This document shows, in pieces, positions 1 through 10,270 of a stretch of 64,000 nucleotides of DNA. Every line of letters starts with the position of its first letter. Within the stretch, counting starts at the first letter, position 1. The notes below the pieces were generated by a model. That model was not told where the DNA came from and did not search any database. It saw only the letters and a program-made list of their open reading frames with translations. A program made the translations under genes and the position numbers. Source of the DNA: Alphaproteobacteria bacterium (GTDB taxonomy: Bacteria; Pseudomonadota; Alphaproteobacteria; Bin95); the NCBI GenBank assembly GCA_964291285.2, contig OZ219787.1:1440001-1504000 (forward strand), read 5' to 3'.

Positions 1-1
1 T

Positions 2-1063
2 GTGGACGATGACGGGTCCGTCGTCGGGCTGACGCGGGACCGTCTGGAGGAATGGGTGATGACTGCGTGCCGGGACAAGATCAGGCCGGGCATTATCCCG
101 TTCTTCGAGACAGTCAGGGAGGTGCGCCCCGGCGCTGACGTGGCGATCGTGCGGGCGCCACGCGGTGTCGATGTGCACAGCCAGTGGCACAACAACAGAA
201 ACGCCTATTTCATCCGGGTCGGTACGCAGAGCCGGGAGCCGACGCCCCAGGAATTGAGCCGGCTCTTCCAGCAGCGAGGCGCCTTCCGCGTCGACCTGCG
301 GCCGGTGCACGGGGCGGCTGTCGGCGATCTGGACCGTCGTCGGCTCGAAGAGTATTTCAGGTCGATCCGTCAACAGGATGTCCCCGCTGACGACGACGAA
401 ACGGGTTGGCGGACCTTGCTGGTCAACACGGAGATCATGGTCGAGGGCAGCGCGAGCCTTTCAGGCCTGCTGCTCTTCGGGACCGCGCCTAATCGCTTCC
501 TGCCGCAGGCGGGCATCGATGCAGCGGCGTTTCCCGGATTGGAAAAGGACTACGCGGCACTTGAGCGGAAAACGCTGCGCGGCCCGATGACCCCCCTCAT
601 GGACGGCAAGGGCAATCTTCTGGAAGCCGGCCTCGTCGAGCAGGCGCTGGCGTTCGTCGGGCGCAACACGCCGGTGGGCGGCGGCCTCAAGGACGGCGCG
701 CGCCGCGCGCAGCGCCCGGCCTATCCGGATGAAGCGGTGCGCGAAGCTGTCGTGAACGCCCTGATCCACCGGGACTATCTCCTGGCGAATACGGATATCG
801 AACTGGCAATATATCGAAACCGGCTGGAGATCGTCTCGCCCGGGAGGCTTCCCAACGGCATAACGACCGAACGCATGCGCGCCGGGACCAGAGCCGCCCG
901 AAACCAGCTGTTGAAGGACGTGATGCGGGACTATGGCTATCTTGAGCATATGGGGATGGGAGTGCCGAGAAAGATCGTTCGCGGCATGAAGCAGCACAAC
1001 GGAACGGAACCCGATCTCGTCGAGGACGGCGAGCGGTTCGTCGTACGCCTCTTCGCCCGATAA
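2..1063 (+). CDS. AlbA_2 (Schlafen-like) plus HATPase_c_4/RecG-C-like ATP-binding protein, 5'-partial
   Basis: Begins in the AlbA_2 'GVDDDG' motif; YFIRVG; 'AVREAVVNALIHRDY', 'RLEIVSPG', 'RN..L..V', 'MGMGV' motifs. Confidence 0.85.
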   Translation: MDDDGSVVGLTRDRLEEWVMTACRDKIRPGIIPFFETVREVRPGADVAIVRAPRGVDVHSQWHNNRNAYFIRVGTQSREPTPQELSRLFQQRGAFRVDLRPVHGAAVGDLDRRRLEEYFRSIRQQDVPADDDETGWRTLLVNTEIMVEGSASLSGLLLFGTAPNRFLPQAGIDAAAFPGLEKDYAALERKTLRGPMTPLMDGKGNLLEAGLVEQALAFVGRNTPVGGGLKDGARRAQRPAYPDEAVREAVVNALIHRDYLLANTDIELAIYRNRLEIVSPGRLPNGITTERMRAGTRAARNQLLKDVMRDYGYLEHMGMGVPRKIVRGMKQHNGTEPDLVEDGERFVVRLFAR

Positions 1064-1283
1064 TGGGCACCACGATTTCATTGATGCCTGGAGGCGGCGA
1101 TCGCGGATTCCATTCGGCTGGAGCAGGCGCAGTCCCCGCAAGCCGAGCCTGCATCGGCCGGGAAGCCCTCGGAATTGCGCGATCCGTGCACAACGATCTG
1201 ACGGCCCGCCGGGCGCGCCGCAACGGCTCCGACGCGCTCGCCCGGCGCCTCGACGCCGCCTGAACCCATCGAGCGAGGACGAC

Positions 1284-4200
1284 ATGGCGCAAAGACCACC
1301 CCGGACGCCCTGGCATGAGGTCGTGACGCTGCGCGAGGATGTGCGCACGGGCGCGCTCTCGCTGGCCGACTTTGCCGCCGACCTTCACGATGTAGCGATG
1401 CAGAAGGGCGCGCGGCCGGTCTATGAGGATCCGGGCCGGTTCTTTGCGCTGACCTATCCGACCTTCCCGTTGCGGGAACTCGCGCGCGACGTGGCGCTGC
1501 GCCTCGCCGGCAGGAACACCAAAGCGATCCGCCAGCTCGAACTTACCTATGGCGGAGGCAAGACCCATACGCTGGTGACGCTCTACCATTTGGCGCACGA
1601 TCCGCAGTCGTTGCCGACGCTCCCGGCAGTCGAGCAGTTCCGCTCCCATGTCGGTGCACCCCTGCCGGCGGCGCGTGTCGCGGCGCTCTGCTTCGACAAG
1701 CTCGATGTGGAAAAAGGCATGGAGGTGCGCGGCCCCGGCAGCGGGCTGCGCTGGCTCAAGCATCCCTGGAGCGTGCTGGCGTTTCAGCTGGCGGGCGAGG
1801 AGGGCCTGCGCGCGCTTCATCCCGACGGCGCGAACGAGGAGCGGGAAACGGCGCCTGCCGAGCCGCTGCTCGCCGAGCTGCTGTCGCGGCCGCAGGCAAG
1901 CGGGCTCGCCACCCTGGTGCTGATCGACGAAGTGCTGATGTATGCCCGCGAGAAGGCGGCGATGGAGGAGGGCTGGCATGCGCGGCTGACCGACTTCTTC
2001 CAGTATCTGTGCCAGGCGGCGGTCAGGGTGGACCGCTGCGCCCTCGTCGCCTCGCTGCTCGCCTCCGATCCCGCGAAGAGCGACGCGCTCGGCAAGCAGC
2101 TGACCCGGCAGATTTTCGACATTTTCAACCGGCAGCGCGAAGAGGGGATCCAGCCGGTGCAGAAGGAGGATGTGGCCGAAGTGCTGCGCCGGCGCTTCTT
2201 CGAGTCCGGTTCGATCGCCGATCCCGACGCCTTCCGCCCCCATGTCACGGCGGCAGTCGCCAATATCGCCGGGGTCGACGAAACGGTCGGCAAGAACAGG
2301 GCAGGCGAGGAACAGCGTTTCCTCGACAGCTACCCCTTCCATCCAGGGCTGACCGATATTTTCTATGCCAAGTGGACCCAGCTGGACGGGTTCCAGCGTA
2401 CGCGCGGCATCCTGAGGACCTTCGCCATCGCGCTGCGCGACGCCGAGAAGTGGGACAGGGCGCCGCTGGTCGGCCCCAATGTCCTTTTGCCCGCACCCGG
2501 CGAAAACGCTCTCTCCGAGGCGGCGCGCGAGCTTGCCGGCACCGCCACGCGCGAGGTCACGGAGGGCGCCGGCAATGTGTGGAGCGCCGTGCTGGAGGGC
2601 GAGCTTGCGAAGGCGCGGGCCGTGCAGGACGATCACCCGGCGCTGAAGTTCCGCGAAATGGAGCAGGCGGTGTGCGCCGTGTTCCTGAGTTCGCAGCCTA
2701 TCGGCCAGAAGGCGCACACGCCGGAGTTGATGGCGCTTGTCGGCGCGGCAGGCCCGGACCGGATCGATGTCGAGAAGGGCCTGCGCCGCTGGACCGAACT
2801 CTCCTGGTTCCTCGACGAGGCGGAGTTCGCCGACGCCGCGACGCTGCCCCGGGCGTGGCGTCTCGGCAACAGGCCCAACCTCAGGCAGATGCATGACGAC
2901 GCCTGCGCCAACCGGGTCGCGGCGGAGCAGGTGGAACAGGCGCTGCTGGAGGAGGTGCGGCGGGCGAAGAGCCTCACCCAGGGTGCGGCGGCGGCAGGCG
3001 CAAGGGTGCACATGCTGCCGGAGCGGCCGCGCGACATCGGCGACGACGGAGAGTTCCATTTCGCCGTCCTGGGGCCGGACGCGGTTTCCGATTCGGGCCG
3101 GCCGAGCGCGCAAGCGCGGCGCTTCATCGACGAGACGACGGGGCCGGACCGGCCGCGAATCCGACGCAACGCCGTGGTTCTGGCGGTACCTTCGCGCGAC
3201 GGCCTGGACGCCGCCCGGGCAAGCATCCGCGAATATCTCGGCTGGGAGGAGGTGCGCCGCCAGCTCGACGGCCAGGGCGGCGATCCGGTACGTGAAGGGA
3301 TGCTCGCCGCCTCGACGGAGAAAGCGCGCAAGCGCATCCCCGGTGCGATCCGCCAAGCCTGGGCCATGGTCGTCGCCGTCAACGAGCACAACGACATCCA
3401 GGCGTTCAAGACAACCATCGGCGCGGAACCGCTGTTTGCGGTCGTCAAGGCGGACCGGCGGGCGCGCATCCAGGAGACCGCGATCAGCGCCGAAGCGATG
3501 CTGCCCGGCGGCCCCTACGATCTCTGGCGCGCCGACGAGGTATCGCGCCGCGTGAAGGATATTGCCGGCGCCTTCGCGGAGAATCCGAAACTGCCGAAGA
3601 TGCTCCGGCGAAGGGATATCCTCGGCACGATCGACCGGGGTGTGCGCGACGGCGTCTTCGTTGCGTCGCTGGTCAGGCCCGACGGATCGGTCAGAACCTG
3701 GTGGCGGACGCCGGTCGACGAGCAGGCCCGGTCGGATCCGGCATTGGAGCTGTTCCTGCCCGACAGGGCCACGCTGTCGGAACTCGACCCGCAGGCGCTG
3801 GCACCGGATGTGCTGCCGGAACTGTGGACTGGCGCCTCCGTCGCGGTGGCGGACCTCGCCGCCTACTTCGCCGGCGGGCGGATGGTAACTGTGCAGCGAG
3901 AGGGCTATGCGGAACCGGTCGGTATTCCGGCCTGTCCCCGCGCCGCCGTCGAAGCAGCCGTCGCGGAAGCCGTCCGCCAGGGTGTGCTGTGGCTTGTGAA
4001 CGGCCCCGCAAGCTTCCAGGACGAAACGCTGCCGCCCGGCATTCTGTCGGACGCCGCCGAACTGCGCGCGCCTTTGCCGCCGCTATCGGTGAACCGGTTG
4101 ACGAAGGATTCGGCGCCAGAGGCATGGAAAGACGGACAGGCCAGCGCCTTGGCCCTTTCCGCTGCGCTCTCGGTGCAGGCCGGCGCACCGCTGCCCTGGT

Positions 4201-4601
4201 CGATCCTGCGCCGGGCGATCAACGACGCGCTCGACGGACGGTGGCTCGCCCTGGCGCCCGAAAGCGGCGCCTGGCCGTGCCCGGCCGCAGGTGCGGCAAC
4301 CGTCATGCTGCGGGAACCCGAACCCGCCGGCTTCGAGGACGGCGGCAGCGAACCCGCGTCGGTTCGCAAGGGCCTGCACATCGGCTCTGCCGATCTTGCG
4401 CCCAACGAGTTGCAGGATCTGGTTGAAGCGCTGCCGGAAGTCATCACTGCCGCCGCTGGCGTCCCCTTGCGGTTCCATCTTCGCATGACGCTGGGGGACG
4501 GTGGCGAACTACACGCCGAAACGGCGGCATCCATCAACGATATCCTGAAAAGCGCCAACCCCGGCCTGCGCTTGAGCGGAGCCGAAAAGCCGAACGGGTG
4601 A
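1284..4601 (+). CDS. DUF499-family AAA ATPase (BREX-related/RM-like defence loci)
   Basis: 1105 aa; N-terminal PWHEVVTLREDV..FAADL, Walker A YGGGKTH, Walker B LIDE, 'SYPFHP', 'FQRTRG'; GAGG RBS. Confidence 0.85.
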   Translation: MAQRPPRTPWHEVVTLREDVRTGALSLADFAADLHDVAMQKGARPVYEDPGRFFALTYPTFPLRELARDVALRLAGRNTKAIRQLELTYGGGKTHTLVTLYHLAHDPQSLPTLPAVEQFRSHVGAPLPAARVAALCFDKLDVEKGMEVRGPGSGLRWLKHPWSVLAFQLAGEEGLRALHPDGANEERETAPAEPLLAELLSRPQASGLATLVLIDEVLMYAREKAAMEEGWHARLTDFFQYLCQAAVRVDRCALVASLLASDPAKSDALGKQLTRQIFDIFNRQREEGIQPVQKEDVAEVLRRRFFESGSIADPDAFRPHVTAAVANIAGVDETVGKNRAGEEQRFLDSYPFHPGLTDIFYAKWTQLDGFQRTRGILRTFAIALRDAEKWDRAPLVGPNVLLPAPGENALSEAARELAGTATREVTEGAGNVWSAVLEGELAKARAVQDDHPALKFREMEQAVCAVFLSSQPIGQKAHTPELMALVGAAGPDRIDVEKGLRRWTELSWFLDEAEFADAATLPRAWRLGNRPNLRQMHDDACANRVAAEQVEQALLEEVRRAKSLTQGAAAAGARVHMLPERPRDIGDDGEFHFAVLGPDAVSDSGRPSAQARRFIDETTGPDRPRIRRNAVVLAVPSRDGLDAARASIREYLGWEEVRRQLDGQGGDPVREGMLAASTEKARKRIPGAIRQAWAMVVAVNEHNDIQAFKTTIGAEPLFAVVKADRRARIQETAISAEAMLPGGPYDLWRADEVSRRVKDIAGAFAENPKLPKMLRRRDILGTIDRGVRDGVFVASLVRPDGSVRTWWRTPVDEQARSDPALELFLPDRATLSELDPQALAPDVLPELWTGASVAVADLAAYFAGGRMVTVQREGYAEPVGIPACPRAAVEAAVAEAVRQGVLWLVNGPASFQDETLPPGILSDAAELRAPLPPLSVNRLTKDSAPEAWKDGQASALALSAALSVQAGAPLPWSILRRAINDALDGRWLALAPESGAWPCPAAGAATVMLREPEPAGFEDGGSEPASVRKGLHIGSADLAPNELQDLVEALPEVITAAAGVPLRFHLRMTLGDGGELHAETAASINDILKSANPGLRLSGAEKPNG

Positions 4602-4875
4602 ACCGAACGCAATGCCTGCGCGCAGCAAAGCCGGGATTCCGATACGACACCGCCTGGTCGCCTTGCGCAGCAGAAACGGGGCGGCCTTTCCGCCCCGTTA
4701 TCCTCCAGCGCCGACGGCGGTCCGAAACGGTTATCGTCATTCGGAATCGGCACAACCTGCCAGAGTGGTTGCGCCGCGGCTGAATGGCACGACTGTGCCG
4801 CCGTGCTTGGCGGAACCTGCCGGGCGTTTCAGGTTCGGTAGTGTGACAATGTCGGCGGCTGCCGTTGTCATGTAA

Positions 4876-5007
4876 TACCACCGGCCACAGATAAGAACCG
4901 ATTAGCCTCTCTCGGCGGAGATTACCTCTTGCAGTAGGAGGCCTCGGCTCAGGAGGCGAGCTGCGGAGGGCGGCTCTGCTATAGGTTCCAATCAACGACC
5001 GTTGGTA
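4876..5007. mobile_element. 132-bp MITE-like element, copy 1
   Basis: Imperfect ~30-bp terminal inverted repeats TACCACCGG...CCGTTGGTA; flanked by TAA/TAA; 128/132 identical to 58577-58708. Confidence 0.85.
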
Positions 5008-6098
5008 TAACCGCGCGGCAGGCCGCACAAGGATTCTATATCCGGTCCGTGAAGCCGGAATTCGCAGATCAGGTTCTCGCGGTTGCGGACCTTTTCGTCA
5101 ATCAAGAGGCGCACCGATCGGCTCAGCAGGCGCGGCTGCTCCGGCGCCAGCGCTTCGTCATGGGGTTCGCTCTTCCTCCAGCCGCGTGCGCTGAAGGACT
5201 TCCAGAGACGCCGCTGATGTTCCTCGCTCAACATGTTGAGCTTGGCACAGCGCATGATCATTGCGCCGATCGAGACTTTCCAGCGTTCCTTGAGTGCAAC
5301 GAATTCATTGAGTGAAGGTGACCAGATCTCCGCAGCAAAACTCTCCGCAGGCATCAGGAATGCTCCACCGAAATCGAATGCCTGACGTTCGATTTCCTTG
5401 AAGTGTGCAGCGTTGTTCAGAGCCCTGGAGCCGAGATGACGGTGCAGAACCAGATGACCGAGCTCGTGCGCCGCATCCATACGCGAGCGCACGCATGAGT
5501 CCTTGTCCCGCGCGATCAGCACGTATGGACGCCCGTCCATCGCGGACCAATTCGACAGGCCATCCATCTTGACGGTCCCGGTTTCCTCTTTGAAAACCAC
5601 GATGCCGGCGTTCTCGAGAACGAGCAGAACATCGGAAATCGGTCCAATGCCGAGGTTCCAGCGGTCACGACATTCGGTCGCCATCCGCTCCACGTCTTCA
5701 TCCCGGATTTCCCGGTGGTCCGCTACGTCGAGGCATGGAACATCCACTTCGGGGAGATCCACCCAGTCTTGAAGACACAGGGCGATATCCTGGGCCCATC
5801 GCAGTCTTGACCGCATACGCTTGCGGATCGATTGCGCGGTGCTTGCCATGGACCGAAAGAACATCGGAGCGGAGCCGTGCGCAGGCAACGGTCTCATGAA
5901 GAACGCGGTCGGCAGATTGAGCGCGCCTGCAAGCGCGTCCAGTGCCTCCGGTTCGGGGGACTGACCGCCACCCTCCCAGCGCGAGATGCTGGAACTCGTC
6001 CTGTTGATCAGTTCGGCCAGTGCTACCTGTGTGAGGCCCCGGGAATCCCGGGCCTCGACCAGTCGCTCGGCCTGGAACCCCGGTGTGCCGCTGCGCAT
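4992..6098 (-). CDS. XRE HTH plus ImmA/IrrE-family metallopeptidase; C-terminal tail replaced by MITE sequence
   Basis: N-terminal HTH (RGLTQVALAELI..SSISRWE), 'AHELGH' zinc motif, 'ERQAFDFGGAFLMP'; stop codon lies inside the MITE. Confidence 0.88.
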   Translation of the reverse strand: MRSGTPGFQAERLVEARDSRGLTQVALAELINRTSSSISRWEGGGQSPEPEALDALAGALNLPTAFFMRPLPAHGSAPMFFRSMASTAQSIRKRMRSRLRWAQDIALCLQDWVDLPEVDVPCLDVADHREIRDEDVERMATECRDRWNLGIGPISDVLLVLENAGIVVFKEETGTVKMDGLSNWSAMDGRPYVLIARDKDSCVRSRMDAAHELGHLVLHRHLGSRALNNAAHFKEIERQAFDFGGAFLMPAESFAAEIWSPSLNEFVALKERWKVSIGAMIMRCAKLNMLSEEHQRRLWKSFSARGWRKSEPHDEALAPEQPRLLSRSVRLLIDEKVRNRENLICEFRLHGPDIESLCGLPRGYTNGR

Positions 6099-6111
6099 GG
6101 TCCGTTTCCCT

Positions 6112-6794
6112 TCACTCCGTTGCCGGGGTCTGGTTCTCAGGACCGCCGCCCGATGTCTTTTTGACGCGTGGAAAGGCCCTGTCCTTTACGATGATCTCGG
6201 CTTCGGCCGGCGCACGGATCCTCGTTTCAAGATCATGATAGAGGCCCAGCAGCTTCCGGATGGGTTCCAGTATCACCCACCCGGACAGGTCGGAACGCGG
6301 AATACCGAGTCCCACAAAGGCTGGCAAGCCGGAACCGCCGGTCCTTCTGTGCGCCGTCACTACGATTATCCCGCAAAGCCGGTCTGCGGAAGGCTCGGCA
6401 TCGCTTTCAGGAGATCAAGCTGGAGTGGATCGAGCCAGGCATTGAGGGCTGCCCACTCGCTGCGGAACCTCGTCGGACGGGGCGTTCCGCAATGCGACTG
6501 AACGTTACCGCGAATCATGTACACATCGCCGTGACTGACCACGCTATAGCGTCCGCCGGCGGGTCTGGTATGACGCGCAGCCGCCTTCAGTCCCGCATCT
6601 TGCGCGGCCATCCTGAAGCCTTCCTCGCAAAGGGCGTGGCGCATCTGGCCGAGCATGTTGGCGCGTTCGGGTTCAGCGTAGTCCCGGTGCGTCAGGCGGT
6701 AAGCCTTGGCAAAGGCTGCATCCGTGTGTTCGGAGAGGCCATGGAAGAACTTGGCCGGATAGCTGCTCAGAACACGGGAGATCGGATCGGTCAT
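6112..6794 (-). pseudogene. Hypothetical partner gene upstream of ImmA/IrrE, apparently frameshifted
   Basis: ORFs 6366-6836 and 6112-6360 join by a frame change near 6400 (..DLLKA / EPSADRLCGIIVVTAHRR..); the joined ORF ends 13 bp before the ImmA start. Confidence 0.6.
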
Positions 6795-7437
6795 GTTGAT
6801 CTCGGCAGATTGCGTTATAAGGATAATATCAGTCAATTTTTGCGTTTACAATAGAAGATCACAGGCTGATACAGCCATCCGGCTGCACCGCCCGACTGCA
6901 GCCGCAAACTCGACCGCAGAACCAGTCGGATAGACGGGCACGAATGGTCCATGTCCCGCGCTTCTCCTGGCTGCGCGCAGAACCCCAGCGCCGGCAACGA
7001 GGTTGGCGCGAAGCTGCGGAGCTCGTCAGGCGATGTCAATGTCTTCGGAGACTCGCCCGGCCACGGATGCCGCCGCTTCATCCAGCTCGCCCTGCCGTAG
7101 AGTGCGGCCGTCGTCCAGAAGATGCGCAGCCATGTATGGTTTTCATCTAGGTAGAGGTGACCGATCACATATCAACAGGCGTCTCGGAGGCGTGTGCGCT
7201 GTTTGGAAGTGCTTTCTGAGCAAGGCATTGCGGAGGGTCTGGATTTTTCTTACCCCGTCAGGATGGCTGATTTCCGGGGTTTTTGCGGTTTGAAGGGAAA
7301 GGTTTTGTGGATTTCCACCCCATGGCCGTGCGCGGGCTGGTTTTCGGGCGCGTCGCGTTGAGGCGCGGGACTGAGTAGAAGGTGTCGCCATCGGGCCTGC
7401 GGCCCCTGTTCCATCCACCGGCGCTGGTTGGGAGAAC

Positions 7438-8916
7438 GTGATGGCGACAGCGGAGAAGTTAGCCTTTTCGTGGTGGTCTGTGGAGGGCCTTGCGGACCTT
7501 GAGCGTCTGCGTGTGGTGCTCGACACGCTTCCCGACGAGAAGGTTGTGGCTGCGCTTGAGGCGGGTCGAGGCCGGGGTCGCAACGACTACCCGGTGCGGG
7601 CGATGTGGCGGGCTCTGATCGCGGGGATCGTGTTCCAGCATGCCTCGATGCAGTCGCTGCTGCGTGAGCTGGGCCGCAACCCGGCATTGCTTGAGATTTG
7701 CGGGTTCGAGGCGCTGCCCTTGCAGGGTGCGCCGGTGGTGGCGCTTTGCGCGGGGCGGGTGGTGAGGTATCCGGCGCCGTTGCGCTCGACGGTGCCGGGC
7801 GCCTGGAACTTCTCGCGGTTCCTGGGGCGCGTGGTGCGCCTTGAGGACGAGCGCGGCCTTGTGTCGGGGATGATCGGGCGTCTGCGCGCCTCGCTGTTCG
7901 AGGAGTTGCCGGACTTCGGTCGCCATCTCGGGTATGACGGCAAGGCGGTGGCGAGCCACTCGACGGGCCGGGTTGCCGGGGCCAGGGGGCAGACCTCGGA
8001 CCCCGATGCGGACTGGGGCAGGCACGAGACGGGCGGGGTGAACGCGAAGACCGGCGCGGTGTGGAAGAAGGTGAAGTCGTGGTTCGGCTACGGGCTGCAC
8101 CTGATCGCCGACACGGACCACGAGGTTCCTGTGGCCTTCGAGGTGACGCGGGCGTCGGCATCGGAACCCGGGGTGCTGTCCGGGATGCTGGAGGAGTTGT
8201 TCGCCGAGGCGCCGGAGATGGCCGGGCGCTGCGCCGATTTCAGCGCCGACCGCGGTCTCGACAACGCCCGCCTGAAGGCGCGGTTGTGGGACAGGTGGCA
8301 TATCCGCCCGCTGATCGACACGCGCCTGATGTGGCGGGCGGAGAAGAAGGAGCCGGGCCATGACCCGGCCCGGCCGATCACGCGACCGCTGTTCCCCGGG
8401 CGCGCCGACGTCATCGTTCATGACGAACGCGGCCGGGTGTCCTGCGTGTGCCCGCAGACCGGCGAGGTCCGCGCCATGGCCTTCCAGGGGTTCGAGGTCG
8501 GGCGCGGCGTCTGCGGCACGCTCAAATACCGCTGCCCCGCAGCCGCCTTCGGCTTCGAGTGCAAGGGACGCCGGGCCTGCCATCGGGCGGGTGGGGTGAA
8601 GTCCGGCGAATACGGCCGCATCCTGCGCGTCGACCTCGACAGCCATGACCGGCGTATCTTCACGCCCACGCCCTGGGGCAGCCCGTCATGGCGGCGCGGA
8701 TACAACCGGCGCACCGCCATGGAGCGGATCAACGCCCGCCTCGACCGCAGCTTCAACTTCGAGACCCATTACATCCGCGGACGCGCGAAGATGAAGACCC
8801 GCATCGGGCTGGCCCTGGCGGTCATGATGGCCATGGCGCTTGCACAGGCCCGCGCCGGACGCGTCGCACGCATGCGCTCCCTGGTCGGCCCGGCGCCATA
8901 CCTCGATACCGGCTGA
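7438..8916 (+). CDS. DDE transposase, IS1182/IS5-like (DUF772 plus DDE)
   Basis: 'GRNDYPVRAMW', 'GYDGK', 'DPDADWG', 'WFGYGLHLIAD', 'SADRG', 'YNRRTAMERIN' motifs; element ends not resolved (about 7170 and 12169). Confidence 0.8.
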   Translation: MMATAEKLAFSWWSVEGLADLERLRVVLDTLPDEKVVAALEAGRGRGRNDYPVRAMWRALIAGIVFQHASMQSLLRELGRNPALLEICGFEALPLQGAPVVALCAGRVVRYPAPLRSTVPGAWNFSRFLGRVVRLEDERGLVSGMIGRLRASLFEELPDFGRHLGYDGKAVASHSTGRVAGARGQTSDPDADWGRHETGGVNAKTGAVWKKVKSWFGYGLHLIADTDHEVPVAFEVTRASASEPGVLSGMLEELFAEAPEMAGRCADFSADRGLDNARLKARLWDRWHIRPLIDTRLMWRAEKKEPGHDPARPITRPLFPGRADVIVHDERGRVSCVCPQTGEVRAMAFQGFEVGRGVCGTLKYRCPAAAFGFECKGRRACHRAGGVKSGEYGRILRVDLDSHDRRIFTPTPWGSPSWRRGYNRRTAMERINARLDRSFNFETHYIRGRAKMKTRIGLALAVMMAMALAQARAGRVARMRSLVGPAPYLDTG

Positions 8917-9170
8917 CCCCTCAGCCGACTGCCGACAACGCTGACCCAACCCGCCGGACCCCGGCATACGGACAAACGCGACCGAAGGCCGGCGATGCTG
9001 CCGGGCTGGGCCGCTCAAGTTCGAAAAGCAACCGCGGCGACCGCCTCGAACGCCGGAACAAACAACATCAACACCCGGACCCAACGTCCCATCCGACCGG
9101 AAAAACCCCACAGCGCAAATTTCTCGTCTCGACAGGGAAAATTTTTAGTCGAACCGCGGGCTTTGTCTGA

Positions 9171-10101
9171 GAGCCTGACTCGAAACTCGCTGAAGTTTTT
9201 CAAGGCCTTGCGAGTCGGCGTGTTGTGAGCCGGATATGGGCGATGTTGATCCATGCTTCGCTTGAGGCGATGGATTTTTCCCAGTCTTTTGCCAGCCTGC
9301 GGCAGCGCCCGAGCCATGCGAAGGTGCGTTCGACGACCCATCGTCCGGGGAGGACTTCGAAGCCGTTGGCGGTGTCGGAGCGTTTGACGATTTCGAGCGT
9401 CCACTTGCCGATCCTGTCGAGGGCGCCGCGCAGTTTCGGCCCGGCATATCCGCCATCGGCGAACAGATGACGCAGCCAGGGGCAGGCGTGGCGGATGGAT
9501 TTCAGCACGGCCGGGGCGCCGTCGCGGTCCTGAACGTCGGCGGCATGTACGACGAGGCCGAAGAGCATGCCGATGGTGTCGACGACAGCGTGGCGCTTGC
9601 GCCCTTTGACCTTCTTGCCGGCGTCATAGCCGCTAACCCCGCCTGCCTCCGTGGTTTTCACCGTCTGGCTGTCGATCACGCCCGCGCTCGGCTGGGCCTC
9701 GCGCCCCTCGCGTTCGCGCGCCTGCACGGCCAGGTGGAACCGGATCGTCTGCCACAGCCTGTTGTCGCGCCACTCGTAGAAATAGCGCTGCACCGTCGAG
9801 ACCGGCGGAAAGTCCTTCGGCAGCTGGCGCCACTGACAACCGGTCGTGGCCATATACAGCACCGCATTTACGACCTCGCGCAGATCGGTCTGGCGCGGGC
9901 GACCGATACGGCAGGGCAACGGCATGAAGGGCTCGATCAGAGACCACTCAGCGTCGGTCAGATCGCTTGCATATCGTGGGCAGTCCCGCCGATACTCCCG
10001 GCGAGCGGTTTCGGTCCAGGGCATTCGTGGCTCCGTTCAGATGCATAACCGAACTGAATCACAATCCCTTGAAACCGCTCAACTCTTTTTGGGTCAGGCT
10101 C
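9171..10101 (-). mobile_element. IS5 family (IS1031-like) insertion sequence, 931 bp
   Basis: TIRs GAGCCTGAC(T/C)C(G/A)AAA; 3-bp duplication TGA at 9168-9170 and 10102-10104. Confidence 0.92.
9200..10024 (-). CDS. IS5-family transposase
   Basis: 'YASDLTDAEW', 'TGCQWRQLP', 'IDSQ', 'GRKRH', 'ADGGY', 'RWVVERTFAW'. Confidence 0.93.
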   Translation of the reverse strand: MPWTETARREYRRDCPRYASDLTDAEWSLIEPFMPLPCRIGRPRQTDLREVVNAVLYMATTGCQWRQLPKDFPPVSTVQRYFYEWRDNRLWQTIRFHLAVQAREREGREAQPSAGVIDSQTVKTTEAGGVSGYDAGKKVKGRKRHAVVDTIGMLFGLVVHAADVQDRDGAPAVLKSIRHACPWLRHLFADGGYAGPKLRGALDRIGKWTLEIVKRSDTANGFEVLPGRWVVERTFAWLGRCRRLAKDWEKSIASSEAWINIAHIRLTTRRLARP

Positions 10102-10270
10102 TGAGTGATTTCGGTCTGGCTGCCGGTGTTTTGGGGAACCCCAGACGTTTCTGGCCGCCGTCATGGTGGTTTCTTGATGCCGCGGTCCAGTGTTTTCGTC
10201 CTCGACGGGCGCAGTTGTTTTGCTGCGCCGTTCTTCGGCCCGAGCCTGTATTGCGGTGGGGGGTGGGGTA

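Noticed and set aside
1063-1263. Small ORF between the AlbA and DUF499 genes, possibly a HEPN remnant
   Set aside because: Only a weak C-terminal resemblance and no motif
687-3389. 900-aa minus-strand ORF and similar long antisense ORFs (e.g. 49087-51789, 23345-25333, 35621-37924)
   Set aside because: Shadow frames of well-supported high-GC genes with no recognisable motifs
7215-9171. TCTGAG as the target duplication of an IS spanning 7221-9165
   Set aside because: 9133-9170 is better explained as the ISAs1 end (CAGGG TIR plus an exact 10-bp duplication), so the 6-bp match is probably chance
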